Source of the DNA: Rhodothermales bacterium
GTDB taxonomy: Bacteria > Bacteroidota > Rhodothermia > Rhodothermales > JABDKH01
Length of the DNA: 64,000 bases
NCBI GenBank assembly: GCA_028284545.1
Contig: JANQRN010000087.1
Coordinates: forward strand, 6,082 to 70,081
Reading direction: 5' to 3'
The translations under genes were made by a program, and so were the position numbers. Positions 27,121 to 38,356 of the stretch are shown here, piece by piece (the first letter of the stretch is position 1; every line of letters begins with the position of its first letter). The notes below the pieces were generated by a model. The model was not told the origin of the DNA, made no database searches, and worked only from the letters and a program-made list of their open reading frames with translations.

Positions 27121-30100
27121 CGTTCAACCTCTTCCACGGGGACCCCTTTCCTGTCGGCGTAGTCACGTACCTGGTCACTCCCTATCAAACCGACATTAAA
27201 ATAATCGGCCTCCGGATGTGCGAAATAAAGGCCACAAACGGACGCGGCCGGGTACATCGCCAGATGCTCGGTTAGCGAAACACCACTGTCATCGACCGAC
27301 AGGAGCTTCCAGATCGTCAGCTTCTCGGTATGGTCCGGCTGGGCCGGATATCCCGGTGCGGGTCGGATGCCTCGGTACCTCTCGCGAACGAGTGCCGCGT
27401 TGTCGAATGACTCGTCGGGTGCATATCCCCAATGCTCGATACGAACCCGCTCGTGAAGCCACTCAGCGGCGGCCTCAGCCAGGCGGTCTGCCAGTGACTT
27501 TGCCAGAATCGAACGATAATCGTCTTCCTCTGCCTCGTAACGATTCACTTCGGTTTCGAGGCCAATCCCTGCGGTAACGACAAAGGCGCCCAGGTAGTCT
27601 TTTTGCCCCGCGCCTTCAGCCGGTGCTACAAAATCGGCGAGTGCCCGGTTGGGCTTGCCGCGTGTTTTGACGGTTTGCTGACGCAAGGTATGGAAGCGCG
27701 CAAGTTCGCCGGCACGGTTATCGTCTTCAAACAGTATGATGTCGTCCCCTTGTGAACCAGCGGGGAAGAGTCCGAATACCGCTCGAGCCGTCAGCACGTC
27801 GCGCTCTACGAAGTCGTCGAGCATCGCATTGGCATCGTCGAAAAGCTTCTTCGCCTCGACGCCAACCTCGCCCGCGTCGAAGATCTGCGGATACTTGCCC
27901 TTCAGTTGCCAGGTCTGAAAGAACGGCGTCCAGTCGATGTAGTCCCGCAGCACCGCCACGGGAATGTTGTCCATACGCTGCACACCAAGTTGCCGGGGTG
28001 TGGAGACAGGAACGTCTGCCCAATCGGACTCGAAGCCATTATCACGAGCCTCCGCTATCCCTAAATAGGAGGCGGATCGGTGTCGCCTGGCGTGCGCCTC
28101 GCGGAGACTGTTGTACTCATCCGCTACGGCGTCAGCAAACGCCTCGGACTGCCCTTCGCTGAGCAGTTCCGAGACAACGGTCACGCTTTTGGAGGCATCA
28201 AGGACATGCACGACAGGGCGCTCGTACTCGGGCGCGATTTTCACCGCGGTATGCACCTTGGAGGTGGTGGCACCTCCAATCAGCAAGGGTATGTTCATTT
28301 CCCTGCGATCCATCTCGCGGGCGACATGAACCATCTCGTCGAGAGAGGGCGTGATAAGCCCGCTCAGACCAACCACGTCTACGTTGTGCTTCTCCGCTTC
28401 GTCGAGGATCTGGGCCATCGGGACCATGACTCCTAGATCGATAACCTCATAGTTGTTGCAGCCAAGCACAACCCCAACGATGTTCTTCCCGATGTCGTGG
28501 ACGTCACCCTTAACCGTCGCGAGGAGAATCTTGGGCCGCTGCCTGGCGCCACCGCCCGCGGCCTGCTCGGCCTCGATGAACGGGATCAGGTGTCCCACGG
28601 CTTTCTTCATGACGCGGGCACTCTTCACCACCTGCGGCAAGAACATCTTGCCCTCACCGAAGAGATCACCGACGATCCCCATTCCATCCATCAACGGTCC
28701 TTCGATGACCTCCAGCGGACTCGCATAGGCCTGTCGAGCCTCTTCCACGTCCGCTACGACGTGTTCGACAACACCTTTTACGAGCGCGTGCTCAAGTCTT
28801 TTTTCGACCGACTCATCGCGCCATTCGAGACCGCTTCCGTCAACGGCGCGCTCCCTGCCGGCAAACGATTCGGCGATGTCAACAAGCCGTTCTGTTGCGT
28901 CTGGCCTTCGATCGAAGAGCACATCCTCGATACGTTCGCGCAGCTCTGGCTCAATCTCCTCATAGATCGCAAGCTGCCCGGCGTTGACGATTCCCATGTC
29001 CATTCCCGCATGAATTGCGTTGTAGAGGAGTACCGCATGCATTGCCTCCCTGACATGGTTGTTGCCTCGGAACGAGAACGAAAAGTTGCTGACTCCGCCC
29101 GAAACGCGTGCGTGCGGAAGGTTCTCTTTGATCCACCGGGTTGCTTCGATGAAATCCCGACCGTACGCGTTATGCGCCTCGATCCCTGTCGCAACCGCGA
29201 AGATGTTTGGATCAAAGATGATGTCTTCGGGCGGAAACTCGATCTCGTCTACGAGGATGTCGTAGGCGCGTTGACAAATCTCGATCCTGCGCTCGAGCGT
29301 GTCCGCCTGTCCCTCTTCATCGAAGGCCATCACGATCACGGCGGCTCCGTACATCCGTACCTTCTCCGCCTGTTCGCGAAACGCCTCCTCCCCTTCCTTG
29401 AGGCTGATCGAGTTTACCACGCCCTTCCCCTGCAGGCACTTCAAGCCAGCCTCAATGACTTCCCACTTGGAGGAGTCGATGACGACTGGAACGCGAGAGA
29501 TATCCGGCTCAGACGCGATGAGATTCAGGAACGTGACCATGGCCTCCTGCGAATCGAGCATCGCCTCGTCCATGTTCACATCGATCATCTGCGCGCCGTT
29601 CTCAACCTGCTCGCGGGCGACCTCGAGTGCTGTCTCGAAGTCTCCTTCGAGAATAAGCCGCGCAAAACGCCTGGAGCCCGTCACATTGGTGCGCTCACCA
29701 ATGTTTACGAAGTTCAAGTCGGTTCTGAACTCCAGCGGTTCGAGGCCAGAGAGCACCAACTTCGGGGTTGATTCGCCCGTGCGCCGCGGATCATGCCGAC
29801 CCGCCGCCTCAGCGATGGCGCGGATGTGGTCGGGCGTTGTCCCGCAGCAACCGCCGACGATGTTCAGGTAGCCGGCTGCCGCATAGCTGTCGACCTGCGT
29901 AGCCATGAAATCGGGCGTCTCATCGTAGCCCCCGAACTCGTTGGGCAGCCCCGCATTGGGGTGCAGGCTGGTGAACGTTGTCGCGAGTTCGCTGAGGGAC
30001 TCGATGTACGGCCGCATATCTGACGACCCGAGTGCACAATTCATCCCCACGCTGAACAGGTTTGGCGCATGTCGCACCGAGTACCAGAAGGCCTCGGTCG

Positions 30101-30800
30101 TCTGGCCCGACAACGTTCGTCCGCTCTGGTCAGTAATGGTACCTGACAACATCAAGGGGAGGCTCACGCCTTTGGCCGCCTGCTCCAGCTTTGCGGCGAC
30201 TATGCCCGCCTTGATATTCAGCGTATCGAAAGAGGTCTCGAGGAGAAGGAGGTCGACACCACCATCAATCAGCCCGCCAATCTGGACGCGGTAGGTCTCT
30301 ACCAGTTCGTCGAAGGTTCGGGCACGAAAGGCAGGATTCGAAACGTCGGGAGAGATGGACAGCGTTACGTTGGTTGGCCCGATCGACCCAGCAACAAACC
30401 GCGGCTTTTCACGCGACTTCTTCGTCCAGGCGTCAGCCGCACGGCGTGCCAGTCGCGCACCCTCGATGTTGATCTCGCGCGACAAGTCCTGGAGGCCATA
30501 GTCCGCCTGCGCGATCGGAGTTGATGCGAAGGTGTTTGTCTCGATGATGTCGGCGCCGGCCGCCAGGAAATCATCGTGGATCTGTACGATAATATCGGGC
30601 TGCGTGAGCACAAGTAGATCGTTGTTGCCACGCAGATGGATTTCGTGATCCACAAACCTGTCACCCCGGAAAGCCTCCTCGTCCAGGTTGTGCATCTGCA
30701 GCATCGTGCCCATGGCGCCGTCCAACACCAGGATCGATTCGCGCGCGCGCGCGATGAGCTTCTCGTTCAACGGTCTATTGCGGGTTGCGCTTGTTGACAC
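27057..30800 (-). CDS. metH: Cobalamin-dependent methionine synthase
   Basis: The 1247-aa protein has a Hcy-binding domain (GGCCGTTP), a pterin domain, the B12-binding DVHDIGKN motif and an AdoMet activation domain. Confidence 0.95.
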   Translation of the reverse strand: MSTSATRNRPLNEKLIARARESILVLDGAMGTMLQMHNLDEEAFRGDRFVDHEIHLRGNNDLLVLTQPDIIVQIHDDFLAAGADIIETNTFASTPIAQADYGLQDLSREINIEGARLARRAADAWTKKSREKPRFVAGSIGPTNVTLSISPDVSNPAFRARTFDELVETYRVQIGGLIDGGVDLLLLETSFDTLNIKAGIVAAKLEQAAKGVSLPLMLSGTITDQSGRTLSGQTTEAFWYSVRHAPNLFSVGMNCALGSSDMRPYIESLSELATTFTSLHPNAGLPNEFGGYDETPDFMATQVDSYAAAGYLNIVGGCCGTTPDHIRAIAEAAGRHDPRRTGESTPKLVLSGLEPLEFRTDLNFVNIGERTNVTGSRRFARLILEGDFETALEVAREQVENGAQMIDVNMDEAMLDSQEAMVTFLNLIASEPDISRVPVVIDSSKWEVIEAGLKCLQGKGVVNSISLKEGEEAFREQAEKVRMYGAAVIVMAFDEEGQADTLERRIEICQRAYDILVDEIEFPPEDIIFDPNIFAVATGIEAHNAYGRDFIEATRWIKENLPHARVSGGVSNFSFSFRGNNHVREAMHAVLLYNAIHAGMDMGIVNAGQLAIYEEIEPELRERIEDVLFDRRPDATERLVDIAESFAGRERAVDGSGLEWRDESVEKRLEHALVKGVVEHVVADVEEARQAYASPLEVIEGPLMDGMGIVGDLFGEGKMFLPQVVKSARVMKKAVGHLIPFIEAEQAAGGGARQRPKILLATVKGDVHDIGKNIVGVVLGCNNYEVIDLGVMVPMAQILDEAEKHNVDVVGLSGLITPSLDEMVHVAREMDRREMNIPLLIGGATTSKVHTAVKIAPEYERPVVHVLDASKSVTVVSELLSEGQSEAFADAVADEYNSLREAHARRHRSASYLGIAEARDNGFESDWADVPVSTPRQLGVQRMDNIPVAVLRDYIDWTPFFQTWQLKGKYPQIFDAGEVGVEAKKLFDDANAMLDDFVERDVLTARAVFGLFPAGSQGDDIILFEDDNRAGELARFHTLRQQTVKTRGKPNRALADFVAPAEGAGQKDYLGAFVVTAGIGLETEVNRYEAEEDDYRSILAKSLADRLAEAAAEWLHERVRIEHWGYAPDESFDNAALVRERYRGIRPAPGYPAQPDHTEKLTIWKLLSVDDSGVSLTEHLAMYPAASVCGLYFAHPEADYFNVGLIGSDQVRDYADRKGVPVEEVERWLASRLNYEPEGARLAPASS

Positions 30801-30807
30801 TTCGTAT

Positions 30808-31593
30808 TCAGTTCGTTGCTATTGCACGCTCTCCAAGGAAACCGAGGACTTCATCCGCGAGCTCGCGGGGCTTGTCCGCGTGCACCCAGTGGCCGGCACC
30901 CGCGATTTCGACAAGCCTGGCGGCTGGGAAACGAGCGGATATGGCCGGCCAGTCTGATTCGCCGAGGTAGTCTGACTCCGAACCTCCCACAAACAGTGCC
31001 GAACCGCCAAACTGTTCGTTTGGTACCTCAGCAAGCACATTGTGGTAGTTATTCGAAATGCTTTCCAGATTCATCTTCCAATCGAATCGACCTGCGGGCG
31101 TGCGCGTCAAGTTTTTGAGCAGAAACTGCCGGACTGCCGGCGATGCCACCCCAGCGGTCGCCAGGTAGGCGTCAGCGTCTGTCCGGGTCTTCACCCGCCC
31201 CATATCTACCGACTTCAGCGCGGCTATGATGGTCTCGTGACCGCCGTTCGAAGCCACGGGTGACATATCTACCACAACGAGCCGATCCACGATTTCGGGG
31301 GCACGAAGTGCCAGAAACATGGCGACCTTGCCCCCCATGGAGTGTCCGAGCACATGCACGCGACCGAGGCCGTGCCCCGCCACAAAGCCCGCGACATCGT
31401 CAGCCATGGACTCGTAATCAAATCTATCGGCGTGCGGGGAGGCGCCATGGTTTCGGAGGTCAACCACGTAGGTCGCGTGCTGCGCTCCAAATCGCCGGCT
31501 ACTTAGTGTGTGCCAATTGCCGCCGGCGCCGAAGAGTCCGTGCAGAATCAAGAGTGGCTCTCCGTCGCCGTAGCGGCGGTAGAACAGGTCCAT
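30808..31593 (-). CDS. Alpha/beta hydrolase (YbfF-like esterase)
   Basis: The ATG at 31593 starts a protein with [24 protein letters not shown], the nucleophile elbow GHSMGG, and a C-terminal GHWVH. Confidence 0.8.
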   Translation of the reverse strand: MDLFYRRYGDGEPLLILHGLFGAGGNWHTLSSRRFGAQHATYVVDLRNHGASPHADRFDYESMADDVAGFVAGHGLGRVHVLGHSMGGKVAMFLALRAPEIVDRLVVVDMSPVASNGGHETIIAALKSVDMGRVKTRTDADAYLATAGVASPAVRQFLLKNLTRTPAGRFDWKMNLESISNNYHNVLAEVPNEQFGGSALFVGGSESDYLGESDWPAISARFPAARLVEIAGAGHWVHADKPRELADEVLGFLGERAIATN

Positions 31594-31620
31594 ATTGGTC
31601 AAGCGAGGGAAGTTTCTAAC

Positions 31621-31655
31621 CACAAAAGCGGCAGGCCGTAAACACGACCTGCCGC
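31621..31655 (-). terminator. Rho-independent terminator downstream of mscL
   Basis: The minus strand reads GCGGCAGG, a 12-nt loop, CCTGCCGC, then TTTTGTG. The stem is a perfect 8 bp. Confidence 0.6.
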
Positions 31656-31708
31656 CAATTGTTGCTCTGGAGCGGGCAATCCTCAGATGAGGCCCGCAGC
31701 CACGGCGC

Positions 31709-32134
31709 CTACGAGCGTGACGCCAGTAGATCCCGGATTTCGGTCAGGAGATCTTCCTGCGATGGACCCGGATCCGGGGCCGGCGCGGCCTCTTCCTCCC
31801 GCTTGAGCCTGTTCATCGACTTCACAACCATGAAGAGGACGAAGGCCACAATCAGGAACGCGATCAGCGCATTGATGAACTGGCCGTAGGCCAGAACCGC
31901 TTCTCCAGCCTCGCGAGCAGCCTCGAGCGAGGTGAATTCCTGGCCAGTCTTCGAATTCAGGACCGTAAACAGGTTACTGAAGTCCGGAGTCCCGAAAACG
32001 GACGCCACTACCGGCATGAGGATGTCGTCAACCACAGACTTGACAACGGTGCCAAATGCGGCGCCGATGATGATGCCGACGGCCATGTCGACCATGTTGC
32101 CTTTGATGGCAAACTCCTTGAATTCCTTTAGCAT
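31709..32134 (-). CDS. mscL: Large-conductance mechanosensitive channel
   Basis: [28 protein letters not shown] is the canonical MscL N-terminus. Confidence 0.9.
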   Translation of the reverse strand: MLKEFKEFAIKGNMVDMAVGIIIGAAFGTVVKSVVDDILMPVVASVFGTPDFSNLFTVLNSKTGQEFTSLEAAREAGEAVLAYGQFINALIAFLIVAFVLFMVVKSMNRLKREEEAAPAPDPGPSQEDLLTEIRDLLASRS

Positions 32135-32227
32135 GCGGCTAACCTACAGGATGTTTAGGGTACTACTTAGTGCCTCATATTAGATAAAGCGCCCCTGCCG
32201 GGCAAGCAGGCCGCAACCTGGCGGCAG

Positions 32228-34027
32228 CTACCAGGCGTCGCCCACTTCCGGAATCGTGACGGGCAGGACACCACGTAATTCCACCTCGCCGCGCAAGCCT
32301 TCGACCGCAACGCGTGCGGTAGCAAGTGTCTGATCGTAGCCAAGCATTACGGTCCTGGCCCGTCCCAGATTTGCCGCGGCGTAGGGGTTACCAAGCAAGA
32401 CGACGTGAACGTCCCGGGCACTCTTTCGAGCGCCATCCAGAACGCCGTCAAGAAGGCGAGTGATGACACGTTGCTGGCCCTTCAGGAGCCCGGCGTCACC
32501 ACGACCGGAGGCGAGGCGCAGGTAGACGAATACGACGGTACGGTCCGACCGTAGCGACGATACCCCCGCCATCGCTTCTGCGTCGGTCAGTTCTGTGTTG
32601 AAGCGGACTGATTCACGGCCAGGAAACCACGCGTCCACAGAGTCCATCGCAGTTGTTATCGACTGCGAGCGCGTGAAGTTGGAGATATGGACGACATCAA
32701 AATCACCCGAGCGAAAGTCCTCTGTGTCCTGTGCCCTCCGGAAATGCGTTACTGACGCTCGTGCTATCGCGTCGGCGATCGGTCGGCCGTGAGGGGCGCC
32801 CATCAAGACATCGTACATGTTCGTTGATACCGCTGAGCCTCCCAGGTTGTGCAACCCGATCGATGCCTTCGCGACGAGAACACGCCGCGCGGACAAACGC
32901 ACCCGTTCTGCGAGCGCCCGGTCCTGAGTCGCGGCGCGATGTAGGATCTGTATAGCCGCTACAGGATCCTCAGGTGTCAACAGTACATCGGCACCGGCGC
33001 GAATCGGCCTGAGCACACGATCTTCGACAGAAAGACGTGTAACCAGCGCACCCATCCGGAGGTCGTCGGTGATAACGAGTCCCCGGAAACCGATCTCGTC
33101 GCGAAGTAATCCAGTGACGATGTCCGGGCTTATCGTGGCCGGTGTCGGCTGAGAATCGTAAGCCGGAACCCAGACGTGCGCCGTCATTACAGCGGCAGGC
33201 GTCCGATTTGTCGAGACCGCATATGCGTACGGCAGGAGGTCGGTCGTCGCGAGGTCGGATTTGATACCCGGGACTGCGGCCAGTTGTGCGTGTGTGTCTT
33301 CTGAAGTGTTTCCATGCCCCGGAAAGTGCTTGAAAGTCGCGATCGCGCCCCAGCGTGCAGCCTCGGCGGCGTAGGTCGCGGAGAATCTGGCGACCTGCCG
33401 TGGGTTGTCACCGAACGCCCGAATATTGATGATTGGGTTCGCCGGGTTCGCGTTCACATCGGCGACGGGCGCAAACAGTGTGTTCACACCAATCGCCCGG
33501 GACTCGATGGCAGTAAGTCGTGCAACCGCCGCCGCGAACGTCGTGTCACCCGTGGCACCAACAGCCATACTCGACGGCAGCTCGGTTAGGTTGTTGCTGA
33601 ACCGCCCGGCGCCTCTCTCGTAGTCTGCAGCGGTCAGCAAGGGTATCGTCGAATCCTCTTGTAGCTCGCCGAGCCTGTCGCGCAATTCACCCGGCGGTAA
33701 TACCCGCGGCACCAGCACACCGCCCACCCCGTGATTTTCGACCAACGTCCTTACCCGCTCGCCGGCACTGGCCATATCGACGATCACCAGTTGGGCGGCC
33801 ATCTCGCGGAGGGTCATGGCGCTCATCGTCTCGCGAACCCACGCCGCCGCCCCGGTGGTGTCAAGCGCTGATTGTCGCAGAACTTCAGCAGGATAGTCCC
33901 GAAATAGTTGCTCGAGCGGATCCACATCCACCGTGGCCGCGATAGTCTCCGCGCCTTCGAGACAACCCGCCACGGAAGCGGCCAGCATCACCGTCGCGAG
34001 TCCGATCAGGACGTATCTTGCCGCCAT
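32228..34027 (-). CDS. Glycoside hydrolase family 3 (beta-N-acetylhexosaminidase-like) lipoprotein
   Basis: The ATG at 34027 gives MAARYVLIGLATVMLAASVAGC. The GH3 motif KHFPGHGNTSEDTH is present. The 106 codons upstream in the ORF track have an implausible composition. Confidence 0.8.
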   Translation of the reverse strand: MAARYVLIGLATVMLAASVAGCLEGAETIAATVDVDPLEQLFRDYPAEVLRQSALDTTGAAAWVRETMSAMTLREMAAQLVIVDMASAGERVRTLVENHGVGGVLVPRVLPPGELRDRLGELQEDSTIPLLTAADYERGAGRFSNNLTELPSSMAVGATGDTTFAAAVARLTAIESRAIGVNTLFAPVADVNANPANPIINIRAFGDNPRQVARFSATYAAEAARWGAIATFKHFPGHGNTSEDTHAQLAAVPGIKSDLATTDLLPYAYAVSTNRTPAAVMTAHVWVPAYDSQPTPATISPDIVTGLLRDEIGFRGLVITDDLRMGALVTRLSVEDRVLRPIRAGADVLLTPEDPVAAIQILHRAATQDRALAERVRLSARRVLVAKASIGLHNLGGSAVSTNMYDVLMGAPHGRPIADAIARASVTHFRRAQDTEDFRSGDFDVVHISNFTRSQSITTAMDSVDAWFPGRESVRFNTELTDAEAMAGVSSLRSDRTVVFVYLRLASGRGDAGLLKGQQRVITRLLDGVLDGARKSARDVHVVLLGNPYAAANLGRARTVMLGYDQTLATARVAVEGLRGEVELRGVLPVTIPEVGDAW

Positions 34028-34814
34028 GAAACTAAATCTCCGCAACGAATATGAGCGGGCGCGACGTGCTGCGGCCCGCGCCGACGTACAGGCTGCGGTA
34101 GTCCTTTGCGTGGCTGCGCTGTCTGTCATCGTCCACATAAAGTTCGGCGGAAGGCGATTCTTCGTCGATTTGTTTGGCGAGCAGTTTGCGTCTCGCGACG
34201 CGCGCAATCTCTGGTCCTGGGGCTGGTGGTTTGCGTTCCAGGGTGTTACCGGATTTGTGATTCCCGCACTCCTCCTGCTCGTCGTCTTTCGAAGAAAGAT
34301 AGCCGAAATCGGTCTTGGTCTGGGCGACTGGAAGTTTGCACTCACGATTGCTGCCGCCTACGTACCGTTGGTGCTCATCGGCACATGGGTGCTGTCTGAC
34401 CAAACGGCTTTCCAGCAACAGTACCCCCACCTCGACGCGGCCGCCCGGTCCTGGCGCATCTTCATCGCCTATGAGTTGCTTTTTGTCTTCTACTGGATCG
34501 GATGGGAATACCTCTGGCGGGGCTTTGTTCTTTTCGGCACGGCGCCCGCGTTTGGGATCAACGCCATCTTCGTCCAAACGATGCCGTTCGCAATCCTGCA
34601 CATGAACAAGCCGATGCCCGAAGCCCTGCTCTCCATCGTCGGTGGTGTCGCGCTCGGCGCCCTGATCTGGAGGTGCCGATCATTCTGGATTGCCGTGCCC
34701 ATCCACGCAGTGCAGATGCTCAGCCTCGATTTATTCTGCACCCTTCGAGCAAGAAGTGGGGCAGATGGCATTGGACTCGCCGCGCTCGGCGAGGCCTTTG
34801 GCGCCCTCTTCTAG
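34026..34814 (+). CDS. CPBP-family intramembrane metalloprotease (CAAX protease-like)
   Basis: The motifs are WEYLWRG (ExxxR), FAILHMNK (FxxxH) and HAVQM, with multiple transmembrane helices. The ATG is at 34026. Confidence 0.75.
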   Translation: MKLNLRNEYERARRAAARADVQAAVVLCVAALSVIVHIKFGGRRFFVDLFGEQFASRDARNLWSWGWWFAFQGVTGFVIPALLLLVVFRRKIAEIGLGLGDWKFALTIAAAYVPLVLIGTWVLSDQTAFQQQYPHLDAAARSWRIFIAYELLFVFYWIGWEYLWRGFVLFGTAPAFGINAIFVQTMPFAILHMNKPMPEALLSIVGGVALGALIWRCRSFWIAVPIHAVQMLSLDLFCTLRARSGADGIGLAALGEAFGALF

Positions 34815-34816
34815 TC

Positions 34817-35719
34817 CTACAGCTTGTAGGTCAGACTCAGCATGTGACCGGGGCCGCCAAAGCCGTCGTCGAAAGCGACAACCGCGTAGTCAAAATTGAA
34901 CGCGTCGTACGAAAGCCCCAGACCCAACGTCGGTCCTCGCAGCTCATCATTCGAGATGTATCCGAGTCTCGCGACGATCGTTTCCAATACAACGCCCGAC
35001 ACGCCAACGTGAAATCTGTTGAGATCTGTGTTCAGGTTTCGTTCGAGTTCAACGCCCACCGTCAGGTCTAGCAGTGGGAATCCGTCGTCCACCGCGATAA
35101 CCTGGAACGGAAACACCGCGACACCGGTGCGCAGCGTCAGTGGTAGGTCATTGCTGACCGCCGCCAGCTCGGACAACTGGCCAATGTGCAGAAGCGATGC
35201 CCCAACCATGACACCTTGGTCAGTCAAATCAACGATGATCCCGAGATCAACGCTTCCTCCGCGCGCCCGACTGCCGGCTATTCGCTGGGTCACAAATCGG
35301 GCAGAAGCGCCCGCCCGCAGTACGCCAAAACTCGCCGCGATGGCCCCACCGCTGAACAGGGACGACGTATCGTTGTCTTCATCACCGACATCACGAGCAA
35401 CGAGAAAGACGGCAGCACCAATTCCCGGTGCGACACGCGCGCGACCTGCGAGGCCGTACGTTCTTGTGCCGCCAACCCAAATGTGATGGGCGATGCCGAG
35501 CTCGGTCGGCCCGTCCGCCGCAACGGTCGCGGGATTCCAGAAGTAGGAGAACGCGGATTGGCGAGCTCCGATTCCCAGATCACCAACGCCCGCGCCCGCA
35601 GCGTCGATACCGGTCGTAAGGATCGGCAGCACATCCTGCGCGCGCGCTTCGCGGGGCCCAAAAAAGACAAGACCCAGCGTCGCAAGCGGAAGCATCCAAC
35701 AAGCCGACCGCGCGCGCAT
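34817..35719 (-). CDS. PorV/PorQ-like outer-membrane beta-barrel (paralog 2)
   Basis: Signal peptide MRARSACWMLPLATLGLVFFGPREARAQ, then GAGVGDLGIGARQSAFSYFWNPA and a beta-strand pattern. The ATG at 35719 overlaps the upstream stop. Confidence 0.6.
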   Translation of the reverse strand: MRARSACWMLPLATLGLVFFGPREARAQDVLPILTTGIDAAGAGVGDLGIGARQSAFSYFWNPATVAADGPTELGIAHHIWVGGTRTYGLAGRARVAPGIGAAVFLVARDVGDEDNDTSSLFSGGAIAASFGVLRAGASARFVTQRIAGSRARGGSVDLGIIVDLTDQGVMVGASLLHIGQLSELAAVSNDLPLTLRTGVAVFPFQVIAVDDGFPLLDLTVGVELERNLNTDLNRFHVGVSGVVLETIVARLGYISNDELRGPTLGLGLSYDAFNFDYAVVAFDDGFGGPGHMLSLTYKL

Positions 35720-36762
35720 CAAAGAAAGACCCGCAGCGTCAGCATATGCATTGCGCCGGTCGCGGCCGGCTCTAGCAGAAAGGCATATCCGGCCCGGAGC
35801 TGCAGATTGCCGAGCGGTTGCGCAACTCTAAATCCGGCTGTTGGCACTGCGCCGTCGACCAAGTCGTCCCCCATTCGATCAATACCTGCCAGCACAGAAA
35901 ACTCGGAGCTCAACGCGTACTCAGCGCCAATCCTGACCTGGGCGTTGGTACGAAAGACGGTCTCCGAATCTGATACCTCGAATGGTATCCCGCTGAGCAA
36001 TTCAACGGTTGAGGACCGCGACTCCATACTCTGTACGCCGAACTCGGCCTCTCCGTTGACACGAATACGGGCGCCGGGTGGCGCATACGAGACGCCCGCC
36101 TTGAATCTGCGTGGGAAGTTGTCTGTGGTCGTTTTGCCGCCGCTACCAAACGCGGCCGACGTGTCCCATTCGTATTTCGCGAGGAGATCTTCGACAACAA
36201 GACCAACGGTGATCGCGGGCGCAGCCTGCCAGAGCAATCCCGCGTCCAGGCCTACGGTATTTACGGCGTCGACCTGAGGAAGCAGGTCTGACCTGAAGAG
36301 CTGCAGCGTCAGACCAGCGGACACATCGTCGGCGAGCTTGATTCCAAACGCCATGAACATCGCGAACTCATCCGTCGACAGATTCCCCGTATGGAAGCCC
36401 GAGTTGTCGCGGCCGTCGATCTTGGATACCCCAGCGTGCACGAGGCCGAGCGCAATTCCTGCGCGCGGTCGCAACGGCGCGCCAAACTGGATCGACTGCA
36501 GCTGCCTGTCGAGTCGCAAGTACGCCGCAGACAGGCCGAAGTGCTGCCCTGTCAACATCGGCGCAAGCGCCGGATTGTAATACGGGGAGGTATGACCCGA
36601 TGCGTCAGCCACAACAGCATTGCCAAGCGCGATGCCACGGGAGTCGAAACCGATGCGGGCAAATGCGCCAGTGGCCTGGGCTCGAGCGGGCACCGAGATA
36701 CCAGCACCAACCACGAGGGCCAGCCCGGCGAGTAGGATATGTCGGCGAAATCGCTGCCTCAT
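35719..36762 (-). CDS. PorV/PorQ-like outer-membrane beta-barrel (paralog 1)
   Basis: A signal peptide ends in ARAQ, then FARIGFDSRGIALGNAVVADASGHTSPYYNPALAP. The start overlaps the upstream stop as ATGA. Confidence 0.65.
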   Translation of the reverse strand: MRQRFRRHILLAGLALVVGAGISVPARAQATGAFARIGFDSRGIALGNAVVADASGHTSPYYNPALAPMLTGQHFGLSAAYLRLDRQLQSIQFGAPLRPRAGIALGLVHAGVSKIDGRDNSGFHTGNLSTDEFAMFMAFGIKLADDVSAGLTLQLFRSDLLPQVDAVNTVGLDAGLLWQAAPAITVGLVVEDLLAKYEWDTSAAFGSGGKTTTDNFPRRFKAGVSYAPPGARIRVNGEAEFGVQSMESRSSTVELLSGIPFEVSDSETVFRTNAQVRIGAEYALSSEFSVLAGIDRMGDDLVDGAVPTAGFRVAQPLGNLQLRAGYAFLLEPAATGAMHMLTLRVFL

Positions 36763-38354
36763 TCAATCAACAGGATTTTGCCCCATACAACACCGGCACT
36801 TGTGTCAACCGAATAGAAGTAGGTACCGTTGCCCATGCGAAGACCGCGCCCGTCCGTGCCGTCCCAGACTGACTCTGAGAGGCCCGCGGAACGTGTCTCG
36901 GTCGGAAGGCTCCTGACGTGGTTCATTCCAAAGTCGTAAATGTCCACGCTGACCTGAGTTTCTGTTTCGGTCTCGTACCGGATTCGCACGAACGTGTCTG
37001 CAACCGGCGAGAACGGGTTCGGATATGCAAACGTCTCGACGCGTGGGACCTCCTCGGTCTCAACTTCCGGCTGAAGCGGTACCTCGACCCGAAATGTGGA
37101 CCACGTCTGCCCCCCGTCGAGACTCTTCAGCAAGCCATCCTCAGTCCCCACCCATAGGGCATCGTCGGTGGCCGCCACGGCCAGAACGTCGCTACCGACT
37201 TTGATGGGACGATCGTCAGGAGACGCCAGCCGGAAATCCCGGATGGTTGTCCACGTCGCACCGTCGTCTTCAGACACGAAGAGACCGCTGGTTCGACCGG
37301 CGACGTAGGCGTTCCCGTTCGCGAAAGCAAAGTCAATAAATCGCTCGCCTGTCAACACCTGCTCAAACGTCTCACCTCCATCGCGCGTAACAGACACCCC
37401 GCTTCGACCGCCGGCATCTCCCGTTTCAAGCGCCTCCCACGTCGCCATCCAGATCGCGGTCCCCTGATCGGAAGGCTGCTCCTCGATCGAAACAACCCAG
37501 CTACCTGTCATTGAAGTCGGCGTCCCGTCGGGCTCAATGCGGCGCCACGCAATCCCATCCGAGGAGACGTTTACGCCCTTCGGCGTACCCGCCCAGATTG
37601 TACCGTCGGAAGCCACAAGGACCGAGAAGCCCATGTGGTTGAAGTTGCCGAGGTTACCGCGTCGCGGCTCGATCCGGAACGTGTATGGCTGATCCGGTGC
37701 GATCTCGCTCAGCGTATCCGGCGGAAGCACAACCCGGCTCCAGGTATTCCCACCGTCTACCGATTTTCGAAGTCCGCTCGCCCAACCGGCGACCCACGTT
37801 TCGTCTCGGATCGGGTCGTAGTCGAGATCAAATGGTGGGCTTTGCTGGTCAACTATCACGTCAAGGGCTGGAAGCGTACTTACACCGTAGACGACCGTCG
37901 TGTCCCCCGGGCTGTCAATCTGGGAGATGCGATACTCGAAGGTTTCCCCACCATCGGTGGAGACGAGAAACCCCCCCGCGGTCTGTACACCATCGTTGGC
38001 GGCGTCGTTGTAGCCCAGCCCCACCCACACGGTCTCGCCCTCGATATCGATGGAGAAGGCCCGACTCTCTTCGTTGCGTCCGGCAAGAACCAGCTCCAGG
38101 TTGGGTGCCTGCCAGCTAGCCCCTCCGTCTGTGGTCAGACTCAGCAGCGGTCCTACCCAGACGGAGTCGCCGTTGGCGAAGACATTCGTCACCGAGTTGC
38201 CAAGAATTCCGTCGGCGGGCTCGAGGGCTTGCGCGGCGCGTTGATCCACGGCGCTCGGCGCGAACTGTTGCCCCACTGCGACACCGGGAAGCAGCAGCAT
38301 CGCAATCCCGATGCAGCTGAGAATCATCAGTAGTGTTGGTCGCTGACGGCGCAT
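36759..38354 (-). CDS. BNR/Ycf48-like beta-propeller protein with FlgD-Ig-like C-terminal sorting domain
   Basis: A signal peptide is followed by seven SxDxGxTW-type repeats: TTDGGASWQ, STDGGETFE, SVDGGNTWS, SSDGIAWR, TRDGGETFE, SEDDGATWT, SLDGGQTWS. The C-terminus reads YPNPFSP...VSVDIYDFGMNHVRSL...WDGTDGRG...GTYFY. Confidence 0.8.
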   Translation of the reverse strand: MRRQRPTLLMILSCIGIAMLLLPGVAVGQQFAPSAVDQRAAQALEPADGILGNSVTNVFANGDSVWVGPLLSLTTDGGASWQAPNLELVLAGRNEESRAFSIDIEGETVWVGLGYNDAANDGVQTAGGFLVSTDGGETFEYRISQIDSPGDTTVVYGVSTLPALDVIVDQQSPPFDLDYDPIRDETWVAGWASGLRKSVDGGNTWSRVVLPPDTLSEIAPDQPYTFRIEPRRGNLGNFNHMGFSVLVASDGTIWAGTPKGVNVSSDGIAWRRIEPDGTPTSMTGSWVVSIEEQPSDQGTAIWMATWEALETGDAGGRSGVSVTRDGGETFEQVLTGERFIDFAFANGNAYVAGRTSGLFVSEDDGATWTTIRDFRLASPDDRPIKVGSDVLAVAATDDALWVGTEDGLLKSLDGGQTWSTFRVEVPLQPEVETEEVPRVETFAYPNPFSPVADTFVRIRYETETETQVSVDIYDFGMNHVRSLPTETRSAGLSESVWDGTDGRGLRMGNGTYFYSVDTSAGVVWGKILLIE

Positions 38355-38356
38355 GA

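Noticed and set aside
28497-29771. Long antisense ORFs inside real genes. Examples: 28497..29771 (424 aa) opposite metH, 35186..36277 (363 aa), 3756..4565, 37635..38333, 42966..43757, 11870..12496.
   Set aside because: These are the usual high-GC artefact. Their Arg/Pro/Ser-rich translations carry no motifs, and each lies fully inside a well-supported gene on the other strand.
34028-34345. N-terminal extensions in the ORF track: GH3 to 34345, pdxB to 47259, tsaD from 60172, serA to 12654, rsmD to 42774, bioY to 26458, PorV-like to 3418.
   Set aside because: Internal start codons give canonical N-termini or signal peptides and remove overlaps with neighbouring genes. The extensions have non-protein-like composition.
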